DNA of 20,000 nt from an uncultured virus (IMG/VR IMGVR_UViG_3300021197_001705). Lineage: Duplodnaviria; Heunggongvirae; Uroviricota; Caudoviricetes. Both the position numbers and the translations under genes were made by a program. Where the stretch lies: the IMG/VR virus record IMGVR_UViG_3300021197_001705; one strand, given 5' to 3'. The notes beneath the pieces are model-generated. The model was not told the DNA's origin. It saw nothing but the letters and a program-made list of their open reading frames with translations, and ran no database searches. Shown here one piece after another: positions 8,986 through 16,999 of this stretch. How positions within the stretch are numbered: the stretch's first letter is position 1; each line of letters starts with the position of its first letter.

Positions 8986-9275
8986 TCTTCAATATCCCCT
9001 TTCGATATCATATCATATATCTGAGACATATCGTTTTCAGATAACCCCTCGGATACTTCTTTTTTGCTAATAAGATTAACAACTTTAACAAGTTGCTCAT
9101 TTGATCTCTGTAGGGTTTCTACATATTTCGAAATAATAATTCCGACTTCTTTGTGGCGAGCTTCGTCTTTTGCAAGCCACTTAATCGCGTCATCCAACAA
9201 TTCACGAGTTATCTTTCGATCATCACGAATGTTGTCTATCGCCTCATTTATAAAACTATCAACTTTTTTTGACAT
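8982..9275 (-). CDS. Hypothetical alpha-helical protein (97 aa)
   Basis: Fits operon packing (ATGA overlap with the amidase gene); amphipathic helical sequence. Confidence 0.8.
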   Translation of the reverse strand: MSKKVDSFINEAIDNIRDDRKITRELLDDAIKWLAKDEARHKEVGIIISKYVETLQRSNEQLVKVVNLISKKEVSEGLSENDMSQIYDMISKGDIEE

Positions 9276-9282
9276 AACACTT

Positions 9283-9293
9283 TAACTAGGCCT
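9283..9293 (-). promoter_or_regulatory. Candidate phage promoter motif AGGCCTAGTTA
   Basis: In the 21-bp gap between the sigma gene and the structural block; near-identical to 5985-5995. Confidence 0.4.
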
Positions 9294-9296
9294 CGT

Positions 9297-9983
9297 TTAA
9301 ATTTTACCTTCATCCCAATCTTCTTTGAATGTACGGTATTTGGTTCTCAACTTGTTAAGTTGAGAGACCACTTGCTTGGTATTTAAGCCGGTTATCTCTC
9401 TCAAGTACAAATAAACGGCTTTTTTATTAAAAATTTCTATGTTTTCAACCGATCCCAAGATGACCCTAACGGCATTATAAACTTTTCTTTCGTTCTCTTT
9501 CATATCATCTATTTCCCAGCTATCAATTTCGAAATGTAATTTATTCCAGAAATCTTTTTGCTCTCTTTCCAGCAAATATGGATTATAACATACAACCTTT
9601 TCCTCGTCGACTTCCTTTAAAGCATCTTCATAATCTACTTCTCTTTTGTTACGTTTGGCGATTTGCTTTACTTTATGAATAAACCAATTCTTAGTTATAA
9701 CTGAGAAATATGAAAAAGCTTTAGACCCTTTGCTCTGGTCGTATTTGTCAAGTATTGTTGTTAACCATATCTTGCACTCTTCTCTAAGTTCGTCAATGTT
9801 AGGTAAGGTTGTAAATTTATAAGTAAACACGATTTTGTCTACCATTTCATTAAATGCTGGCTGTATTAATTCAACATATAACTTAGTTCTTACTTTGTTG
9901 CAGTTTGTTCTTGAGTATTCAACTATCGCGTCTTCGTGAACCTGCGTAAAATACATTCTCTTCTTGGATCGTTTCCTCGGCAT
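9297..9983 (-). CDS. Phage-type RNA polymerase sigma factor (sigma70-family region 2, gp55-like), ~228 aa
   Basis: Likely start MPRKRSKKRMYFTQVHEDAIVEY (ATG 9983, AAGGA upstream); region-2-like LDKYDQSKGSKAFSYFSVITKNWFI; C-terminal HTH-like YLYLREITGLNTKQVVSQLNKLR. Confidence 0.72.
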   Translation of the reverse strand: MPRKRSKKRMYFTQVHEDAIVEYSRTNCNKVRTKLYVELIQPAFNEMVDKIVFTYKFTTLPNIDELREECKIWLTTILDKYDQSKGSKAFSYFSVITKNWFIHKVKQIAKRNKREVDYEDALKEVDEEKVVCYNPYLLEREQKDFWNKLHFEIDSWEIDDMKENERKVYNAVRVILGSVENIEIFNKKAVYLYLREITGLNTKQVVSQLNKLRTKYRTFKEDWDEGKI

Positions 9984-10314
9984 CTTGTTCAATTTCCTTT
10001 TGTTGTTCGTCTTCAGAATCTTCGTCGTATTCGACAATGTTATAAATATCTTCGTATTGTTCCAAAACCTCCAACAAGCTTGAAGTGTGAGACAAGGCAA
10101 ATTTAATATTTTCGTCTCCATAATAATCTTCAAGTTCAAAGAGTGTTTTGAGGTGGCCTTTGTAATTAGTCAATAGATCGACCAAATCGCCCAAATTTTC
10201 GGCTATGAACCACAACTTGGATAGTAGCCGCCTTATGTACCAAAGAGCGAAAATATTAGCCGTTATGGATATTAAAATGGCTATTACTAACCACACTGTT
10301 AAATTAATCGTCAT
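9919..10314 (-). CDS. Hypothetical membrane-anchored protein
   Basis: N-terminal TM helix (LTVWLVIAILISITANIFALWYI) followed by RR, a helical region and an acidic tail. Confidence 0.75.
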   Translation of the reverse strand: MTINLTVWLVIAILISITANIFALWYIRRLLSKLWFIAENLGDLVDLLTNYKGHLKTLFELEDYYGDENIKFALSHTSSLLEVLEQYEDIYNIVEYDEDSEDEQQKEIEQDAEETIQEENVFYAGSRRRDS

Positions 10315-10564
10315 GTTTCTGATTCCTTGCTTCTTTTTTCATATCTCGAAGTAGCTCTCGATTTTTTTCTATATAGTCTTTAGTAAGTGTCCCCGTGGAT
10401 TGGTTCCCCGTGGGTTCACCTTTTTTAAGAATTGGCATTTGCGGTACCCTTTGCAAATAACCTACTTCCTCACACAGTTGGCATGATTCTTGTCTTTCTT
10501 TCATCCCATGCCGCACTTGGAAGTGGCCATCGCAACTATTACACTGGTATACATATCGTGGCAT
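10304..10564 (-). CDS. FmdB-family zinc-ribbon regulatory protein
   Basis: MPRYVYQCNSCDGHF...CQLCEE matches MPxYxYxCxxC...CxxC. Confidence 0.85.
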   Translation of the reverse strand: MPRYVYQCNSCDGHFQVRHGMKERQESCQLCEEVGYLQRVPQMPILKKGEPTGNQSTGTLTKDYIEKNRELLRDMKKEARNQKHDD

Positions 10565-10749
10565 TACGATGTGACTACTTTGCTTTTGCTCTGGGGTTTA
10601 ACAACAGGTGGGTTTGTAACTACCACTTCTCCGTTATCAGCAACTTCTAGCTTAAAACTCTGTAGGACTGGAACAATATCGCTCTGTTCCATTAAAGATT
10701 TTTGCAAGGCCATCATTACGGCTCCTACAGCTTGATTACTTAATTTCAT
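10564..10749 (-). CDS. Small hypothetical protein (61 aa)
   Basis: Strong RBS AAGGAG; TAATG coupling to the downstream gene. Confidence 0.75.
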   Translation of the reverse strand: MKLSNQAVGAVMMALQKSLMEQSDIVPVLQSFKLEVADNGEVVVTNPPVVKPQSKSKVVTS

Positions 10750-11602
10750 TTTTTGTCTCCTTTAAAAAATTATTTATATATGTTTCTAATTTGTGCTCCG
10801 GGGTCCAATCAAGAACCTTTATGGAGTTAGATATGTCTGCCCTTGTCTCTTTCGCCTCTCCGGGTCTGGCTGGTAGATGTTTCTTTTCCCTGCCGAACAT
10901 ATCTGCCAGTTCATTGATAGAGTGGTTGGTGCCAGTTCCCAAATTAAATATTGAGGCTTCTCTATCCTTCTTAGATATCGCTATTAATCCGTTACATATG
11001 TCGTATACATGCGTAAAGTCTCTTCTTTGTTCGCCTGTGCCTACCACTGTCAGAGGTACATTATTATTGTATTGTTGCTCGAATATGGCGACTACAGGGG
11101 TATACTGACCGATCAATGGGTTTCTAGGTCCATATACATTAAAAAACCTAGCAATACCAGATTTTATATTATAAACATTAGTGTACATCTTTACAACCTC
11201 TTCCCCTTGCCATTTTGCAAAAGCATATGGGTTAAGGTAAACGCCACCGTAAAACGAACTTGATCCAGCATATACGACCATGCAGTTATTATTTCTTGCA
11301 TATTCGCACACAATTGCTGTTCCATATGAATTGTTTTCACAAGTGTATAATGGTTTTTTGAAAGATGGTTGTATTCTTGCCTCAGCAGCTAAATGAAAAA
11401 TAGTATCTATACTCTCATCAAGACCATTTGTTAGGATCTTTTTAAAATCATCAAAATAATATTTAGCTAACCTGTTACAGTTTTCTTTTTTTCCGTCTGA
11501 TAGGTCATCTATGACTACCACTCTGTTACCTTGCTTTACCAAGATATCTACTAAATTGCTTCCTATAAAACCACAACCACCTGTGACTAATACTGTTTTC
11601 AT
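10736..11602 (-). CDS. NAD-dependent nucleotide-sugar epimerase/dehydratase (extended SDR)
   Basis: TGGCGFIGS, HLAA, GSSS, YAFAK, RFFNVYGP, GEQRRDFTHV. Confidence 0.92.
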   Translation of the reverse strand: MKTVLVTGGCGFIGSNLVDILVKQGNRVVVIDDLSDGKKENCNRLAKYYFDDFKKILTNGLDESIDTIFHLAAEARIQPSFKKPLYTCENNSYGTAIVCEYARNNNCMVVYAGSSSFYGGVYLNPYAFAKWQGEEVVKMYTNVYNIKSGIARFFNVYGPRNPLIGQYTPVVAIFEQQYNNNVPLTVVGTGEQRRDFTHVYDICNGLIAISKKDREASIFNLGTGTNHSINELADMFGREKKHLPARPGEAKETRADISNSIKVLDWTPEHKLETYINNFLKETKNEIK

Positions 11603-11968
11603 TTAATCTCCCTTTATAACCCTATAGCTATCGCTATCAAAATGTTGAGTTGAAAACTCAAACAGTTCTGTGTCTTCCATAGCATACATTTGATGCCTCA
11701 AACCCCTATAGATGTGAAATCTATCTCCTTTTTGCAAAATTACCTTTTTGGCATTCCCCAAGTCATCATCGTCTGAGTAGGAAAGCATAATCGCGCCAGA
11801 CTGAATATAAAAAACTTCGTCCTTAAGCTTGTGGTAATGCCACGAACACTTCTTGCCTTTCACAAAATACAAAAGCTTTCCACAATACTCTTCGCAGTTC
11901 ACAATCCACTTTTCAAATCCCCACCCTTTTGGTACAAATTTAATATCATTAGATAAAAAAGTCTTCAT
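11603..11968 (-). CDS. Cupin-domain protein (sugar isomerase-like)
   Basis: VPKGWGFE, CSWHYHKLKDEVFY, GLRHQM cupin metal motifs. Confidence 0.85.
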   Translation of the reverse strand: MKTFLSNDIKFVPKGWGFEKWIVNCEEYCGKLLYFVKGKKCSWHYHKLKDEVFYIQSGAIMLSYSDDDDLGNAKKVILQKGDRFHIYRGLRHQMYAMEDTELFEFSTQHFDSDSYRVIKGD

Positions 11969-12266
11969 CTTTCACCCCCTTATCATCTATATACAAGTTA
12001 CCAGAGGGCTTACCCATAAATAACTCATGATATTTCACTCCCCAACTGTCTAGCTGTTGCTTTGTTAAGGACAGAAAGCTATGAGTTGCCAATTTGGAAT
12101 TGTTATTAAATCTCCCCATACCCCTTGCAGTCAAAAAATATATAATGTTGCCATCGTCGTATAATTTGTTGATTTTGTTTATTCTCTCTACAATGGGTTT
12201 CGCGTTCTTATAATCCCCATCCGTATTTGTACAAATGGTTCCATCTATGTCTATTACATATGTCAT
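11949..12266 (-). CDS. Minimal HAD-superfamily phosphatase (capsule-biosynthesis type)
   Basis: DIDGT motif I, TAR motif II, GKP...YIDDK motifs III/IV. Confidence 0.88.
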   Translation of the reverse strand: MTYVIDIDGTICTNTDGDYKNAKPIVERINKINKLYDDGNIIYFLTARGMGRFNNNSKLATHSFLSLTKQQLDSWGVKYHELFMGKPSGNLYIDDKGVKDEDFFI

Positions 12267-12652
12267 TTTCTCTCCAATATATTTGTTGTTGAATACTCCC
12301 CTACTCGATCAAAATATTCAATTTTTTTTGCATGCTCAGAACCAATGACTCCCTTGGTTTTGTACTCGGCCCCGACAACTAGCGCATCTGGTTGATAAAA
12401 TTCGATCCAATTTTCAAGCTCTGTATCATTATCAAAAGCGACCACCTCGTCGATATACCTGATTGATTCAAGAAAGAATTGTCGATCTCGACGATTATTA
12501 ACGGGCCTTTCGGGGCCCTTGGTTTCTTTGATTCTCTTGTCGCCATCAATACCTACCACCAAAAACTCTCCCAGTGATTTGGCATACTTAAACAACTCTA
12601 CATGGCCTCGATGTAGAATGTCAAAACAACCATTTACCCAAATAACTTTCAT
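12263..12652 (-). CDS. HldE/RfaE domain II-like sugar-1-phosphate nucleotidyltransferase (cytidylyltransferase fold)
   Basis: Start MKVIWVNG (ATGA overlap); NGCFDILHRGH, KGPERP, terminal YSTT. Confidence 0.88.
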   Translation of the reverse strand: MKVIWVNGCFDILHRGHVELFKYAKSLGEFLVVGIDGDKRIKETKGPERPVNNRRDRQFFLESIRYIDEVVAFDNDTELENWIEFYQPDALVVGAEYKTKGVIGSEHAKKIEYFDRVGEYSTTNILERK

Positions 12653-13386
12653 ATTACAGTGACCCCCTTTTTCTGTACTGCTACCGTAGCACACTCATTA
12701 GCGTAACTTATAGAAGATTCTATATTGGATGTTCTTAGGTATTCGACCACAAGCCCAGAGAGGAAAGTGTCACCCGCACCCGAAACATCCCTTATATCGA
12801 CTCTCCTTACAGGATATACCTTATCCTTGTATTTACAGCCTTTGGGGCCTAAAGTTACTATTAATTTGTCTTTTACATTTTCTGGTATTTTATCCTTGGA
12901 CTTGTTGTACTCATAATGATTAATTTTTATGAACTTCACCCCAGTACACCAATCTCCTAAAACCTTCTTTGTGTCCAAGAAAACACAATTATGATTATCA
13001 GATATATAACTGATGTCACTCTCGGTTAAAAAGCCTTTACAATAATCTGAAATGACAACGATTTTATATTTCTTTAAATCAATCTTGCTTACATCGCATC
13101 TGCTTACAGTGTGATCGTTCTCGTCAACTCTAACAAACATTTGATTGGTGTTGTGGTGGATAAACCTTGTTTTTGTTATGTCTTTCCAATTGGTATTTGT
13201 ATGTATGTCACAGTCTCCATATAAAGATTGTATGTTTTTTTGAACATTCATTGCCATGCCGGGTGTCTTTATTATTTCAGTTGGAACAAATACTGGTACT
13301 GGGGCCTCTGGACAAAGCCTGTCGCACTCCCCATAATAAAAAACATCGGTACATGTTTCGCCAATAACTAAAATATCTGATTTCAT
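12649..13386 (-). CDS. HldE/RfaE domain I-like PfkB kinase (heptose-7-phosphate kinase-like)
   Basis: RLCPEAPVPV, ISDYCKG, DVSGAGDTF. Confidence 0.9.
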   Translation of the reverse strand: MKSDILVIGETCTDVFYYGECDRLCPEAPVPVFVPTEIIKTPGMAMNVQKNIQSLYGDCDIHTNTNWKDITKTRFIHHNTNQMFVRVDENDHTVSRCDVSKIDLKKYKIVVISDYCKGFLTESDISYISDNHNCVFLDTKKVLGDWCTGVKFIKINHYEYNKSKDKIPENVKDKLIVTLGPKGCKYKDKVYPVRRVDIRDVSGAGDTFLSGLVVEYLRTSNIESSISYANECATVAVQKKGVTVI

Positions 13387-13390
13387 TGTG

Positions 13391-14398
13391 TTACCTTGAT
13401 AAAAAATTACTACCTGACTTTACTTTCCCTCTCCAATATTCTAAAAGATCATCCATAGTTTTTTCGAAAGGAATAGTTGGCTCCCAGCCAGTGTGGGTTC
13501 TAAACTTAGTGGTGTCAGGTACCTGTAAGTCTGCGTCAATTGGTCTCAAGCGATCAGGGTCCACTCTTACCTGAATGGTGCTAACGGTAGATTTACTTAA
13601 TAAATAATTCAACATATCCTCGATAGAACAGGTATATGATCCACCAATATTATAGTATTCCCCGGCTATTGGATTCACTGTTACCAAGCTATAATACGCC
13701 CTAACCGCATCCCTAACATCTGACCAAGTTCTTAGGGATTTTAAGTTGCCTACTTTCAATATTGGCGGTATTAAACCTGCCTCAATCATTGCTATCTGTT
13801 TGGCAAAAGTAGATTCAGCAAAAACATCACCACGCCTTGGGCCTGTATGTGTAAACATACGAGTAGTCATAACCTTCATTCCATACGCCTCAGCGTAAAA
13901 TCTACCAACCAAATCTGTTCCAACCTTTGAAATTGCATACGGTGACGCTGGGTGGAATGTTACATCCTCGTGAATTGGTAGAAACTCTTTTGGAACCCTT
14001 CCAAAGACTTCCGACGAGGCACAAACATGTATTGTCGGTTCTAATTTCAGGTGCCTTATCGCGTCTAAAACTTTTGCAGTTCCCAGAATATTAGTCTCCA
14101 ACGTCTCCAAAGGAGAATCAAAGCTGGTTTTCGGATAACTTTGTGCGGCTAAATGGAAAACATAGTCTGGCTTGCTTGAGCCAAAGGCTGTCAACAAAGA
14201 ACTTAGGTCGTTTATATCACCATAAACCAAATGAATTCTATGTTTTCCATTTATATATTTCATTAAATGCTCAAGGTTATCCATCTTGTCATCCCATCGA
14301 ACTAAGCCATAAATATCCCAATCTGTATTTTTGAATAGAAAATCAACAAGGTGTGACCCGACCATTCCGGTGATTCCGGTTATAAAAGCCTTAGTCAT
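13391..14398 (-). CDS. wcbK: GDP-sugar 4,6-dehydratase, WcbK/DmhA (GDP-manno-heptose dehydratase) subfamily
   Basis: ITGITGMVGSHL, HLAAQSYPKTSF, CASSEVFGRVP, SPYAISKVGTDL, TTRMFTHTGPRRGDVFAESTFAKQIA, RLRPIDADLQVP are characteristic of WcbK/DmhA rather than E. coli-type Gmd; start MTKAF at 14398. Confidence 0.8.
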   Translation of the reverse strand: MTKAFITGITGMVGSHLVDFLFKNTDWDIYGLVRWDDKMDNLEHLMKYINGKHRIHLVYGDINDLSSLLTAFGSSKPDYVFHLAAQSYPKTSFDSPLETLETNILGTAKVLDAIRHLKLEPTIHVCASSEVFGRVPKEFLPIHEDVTFHPASPYAISKVGTDLVGRFYAEAYGMKVMTTRMFTHTGPRRGDVFAESTFAKQIAMIEAGLIPPILKVGNLKSLRTWSDVRDAVRAYYSLVTVNPIAGEYYNIGGSYTCSIEDMLNYLLSKSTVSTIQVRVDPDRLRPIDADLQVPDTTKFRTHTGWEPTIPFEKTMDDLLEYWRGKVKSGSNFLSR

Positions 14399-15341
14399 TA
14401 TTAGCCTTCCACCAATCAATACTTCTTTTAATACCTTCCTCTAAAGATACCTTTGGTTCCCATCCGAGCATTTCCTTAGCCTTTGTGCAATCTAGAAAGA
14501 GTTTTGTCGGGATGTGAGGTTTGCTGAGGTCATGTTCCATCTTAAGATCTTTGCCGGAAATTTTAATAATTTTTTCAACCAACTCTTTGATCGAAACCTC
14601 ATATCCGCAACCAACATTAAAAACCTCACACATGGATTCCTGTTTTTCAAGAGCCAATTCTATAAAGTTCAAAAGATCGTCAACATATAAAAAGTCCCTT
14701 GTTTCAGTTCCGGGTCCCCAAACATTAATTTTTTCGTCGTTGGTCATAACCTTAGTTATGGTCGCACCAAAGACATGACTTTTCTTCAGATCATATTTGT
14801 CATGAGGGCCGTAAATGTTGGACTGCCTTAATACTGTGTGCTTTGTTTTGCCCAAGGTACCATAAAAATCACACATTTTTTCGATATACACCTTGGTGTT
14901 ACCAACACCAAAGTATTTAGACAATAGCCTTTGATTTCCATCAAAATTACTTTCTTTAGTTGCAACGCTATTCGGCTGGTACATAACTGTACAGCTTGGA
15001 AATATAAAATGCTCTATATCGTTCTCAAATGCCTCTCGTAGAAGCAAAGAGTTCATAACAGCGTTATCAGTAACATGAATATATGGGCGGTTAATGATAT
15101 CATTTGCGCCAGAAGTGGTTGCGGCTAACTGTAGTACGATGTCCATTCCCTTTATAACTCTTTTAACATCTTCTACATTATTTAGATCAGCTTGGACCCA
15201 CTCAACATCATATTCCTTAAGAGGTGGTTTAATGTGATAAACTGCTCTTATTTCGTAGTCTTCTCTCTGTGTGAAGCGTTCTAAGGAATTTTTTCCAATA
15301 AACCCTGTTGCTCCACAAATTAAAATTTTCTTTTTAGTCAT
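14391..15341 (-). CDS. Extended SDR, GDP-fucose-synthase-like reductase/epimerase
   Basis: CGATGFIG, NIYGPHD, SHV, WGPGTETRDFLYV; non-canonical VGNTK at the YxxxK site. Confidence 0.85.
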   Translation of the reverse strand: MTKKKILICGATGFIGKNSLERFTQREDYEIRAVYHIKPPLKEYDVEWVQADLNNVEDVKRVIKGMDIVLQLAATTSGANDIINRPYIHVTDNAVMNSLLLREAFENDIEHFIFPSCTVMYQPNSVATKESNFDGNQRLLSKYFGVGNTKVYIEKMCDFYGTLGKTKHTVLRQSNIYGPHDKYDLKKSHVFGATITKVMTNDEKINVWGPGTETRDFLYVDDLLNFIELALEKQESMCEVFNVGCGYEVSIKELVEKIIKISGKDLKMEHDLSKPHIPTKLFLDCTKAKEMLGWEPKVSLEEGIKRSIDWWKANND

Positions 15342-16050
15342 TTTGTTTTATAAACCTCTTTATATTTTGAAGTGACGTTCTTTGCCCCATTGAGGAAAGA
15401 TCAGATGGGATATTGTTTTCTACCACAGGGGTATTATATAGAAAATCTCCATATTTTGGATAATATTCAAAATGCTCACCGATCTCTGATAAAGATATGT
15501 TGGATCTTGATACCAAATTATAAACACCAGATAGATTATTTTCAATAGACTTGCTAAAAAAAGACAAAATGTCTTCATACAAAACATAATTAAAAGTAGA
15601 CTTACTTGAAAGTCCAGTTTTTAAAAGGTTCTTTTCTGATAATTTTACCAAAGTGTTTTTCCTCATTCCTTCTCCAAGCATCGCTGAACATCTTGCGATG
15701 ATGTAGTTTTTACTCTCGTTTTTTACTATAGATTCAGCCATAAGTTTCATCAACTTATAGTATGATTGTTCTTCTCGATAAACATCTACAGATGATACAT
15801 AAATAAATTTTTGATGCGGCATCCCCAGTAATTGTTTTGTGAGATAGAGATTATCATTAAAATACTGATAATGGTCATTTATCTCTCTTTTCGCATCGAA
15901 AGCACAATGTATAATCGTGTCGATAGATGAACAGGAGAGTACAGCGTCTAGGTTTTGCCTATGGAGACCCACGGACCCTTTAATTCGGTTGTGGATGTAT
16001 TTGCCCAATCCACTGTTAACCCCTGTTATTAGTATGTTACTTGAACGCAT
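15334..16050 (-). CDS. Short NAD-dependent SDR (putative sugar reductase)
   Basis: ITGVNSGLG, IIHCA, YVSSVDVY, YKLMK. Confidence 0.78.
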   Translation of the reverse strand: MRSSNILITGVNSGLGKYIHNRIKGSVGLHRQNLDAVLSCSSIDTIIHCAFDAKREINDHYQYFNDNLYLTKQLLGMPHQKFIYVSSVDVYREEQSYYKLMKLMAESIVKNESKNYIIARCSAMLGEGMRKNTLVKLSEKNLLKTGLSSKSTFNYVLYEDILSFFSKSIENNLSGVYNLVSRSNISLSEIGEHFEYYPKYGDFLYNTPVVENNIPSDLSSMGQRTSLQNIKRFIKQND

Positions 16051-16999
16051 TAAATCTCTTATCTATATTTTCTTTGTTTTCTAAAAACCATTCAATAGTT
16101 TCGTTTATTCCTTCTTCAATTGATACAGAGGGCTCGAAACCACAGGATTTTGCTCGTGTCATATCAAATACCCGCCTAGCATCGCCAGTTGGCTTAGAGA
16201 CATCCCACTCTATTTCTTTATCGAAATAGTTTGCTATCGCTTCGGCTATACGCTTGATTTTGATGCCCTCTCCAGAGCCCAAATTCACTGGTTTTGTAAT
16301 CTTGTTTTCTACCATATGGATCATGCCCAGTGCAACGTCTCTAGCATGAATAAAGTCTCTTATTGGAGACCCATCACCCCAGACACTCAACTTGTCATTC
16401 TCGAATGCTTTTCTTATTAAAGCTGGAATAACCATTGCATTGTCGGGGTCGAAGTTATCATATGACCCATAAACATTGGCTGGTCTTACAATGGATACTT
16501 TGTCCCACCCGTGTTGAATAGAATAAGCTTTAGCTTGTAATTCTCCCATGCGTTTTGCCCAACCGGCAAACCAATCGTTCTTAGACGGCATAGTCATCCA
16601 TACATCGTCTTCTTTAAAGACTTCAGCCGGATGGTACACACCGACACTAGAAGTGTATAAATACCATTCTACATTACTCTCAAAGGCAGCTTGCATCATG
16701 TTGGTGTTAAATTGCACCATTGGAACAAAGAAGTCTGCTGGTTGCTCCATGCACATCTTTGGAGAGCCCTTAACTCCTGCACAGTTAAAAACATAATCCA
16801 TGCCCTTACATACCTCAAGGCAATTTGATAAGTATCTCAAATCTTTAAATACAAAGGAAACGCCCTCTGGGATATCCTTTGGTTGGTCTAGGCTACAAAT
16901 GAACACCTTAGCGCCACGAGCAGTCAAGAGGTTTACCAACTCTCTGCCAATCATACCAGTTCCGCCTGTAACTAGAACATTTTTATTTTCAAACATCAT
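16037..16999 (-). CDS. Extended SDR, GDP-fucose-synthase (Fcl)-like
   Basis: TGGTGMIG, RPANVYG.YDNFD...VIPALI, WGDGSPIRDFIH; AGWAK at the YxxxK site; GGGAG RBS favours a start at 16999 or 16996. Confidence 0.85.
   Translation of the reverse strand: MMFENKNVLVTGGTGMIGRELVNLLTARGAKVFICSLDQPKDIPEGVSFVFKDLRYLSNCLEVCKGMDYVFNCAGVKGSPKMCMEQPADFFVPMVQFNTNMMQAAFESNVEWYLYTSSVGVYHPAEVFKEDDVWMTMPSKNDWFAGWAKRMGELQAKAYSIQHGWDKVSIVRPANVYGSYDNFDPDNAMVIPALIRKAFENDKLSVWGDGSPIRDFIHARDVALGMIHMVENKITKPVNLGSGEGIKIKRIAEAIANYFDKEIEWDVSKPTGDARRVFDMTRAKSCGFEPSVSIEEGINETIEWFLENKENIDKRFNAFK

Noticed and set aside
9984..10139. Extended N-termini given by the track (sigma 10139; also 12694, 14419, 17011, 18167, 18786)
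   Set aside because: They overlap upstream genes extensively; downstream ATGs have RBSs or stop/start coupling and match family N-termini
10771..10778. Perfect T4 late promoter TATAAATA on the minus strand upstream of the 61-aa gene
   Set aside because: Lies in AT-rich coding sequence, and the same octamer occurs antisense several times (5052, 8593, 10041), so chance is a sufficient explanation
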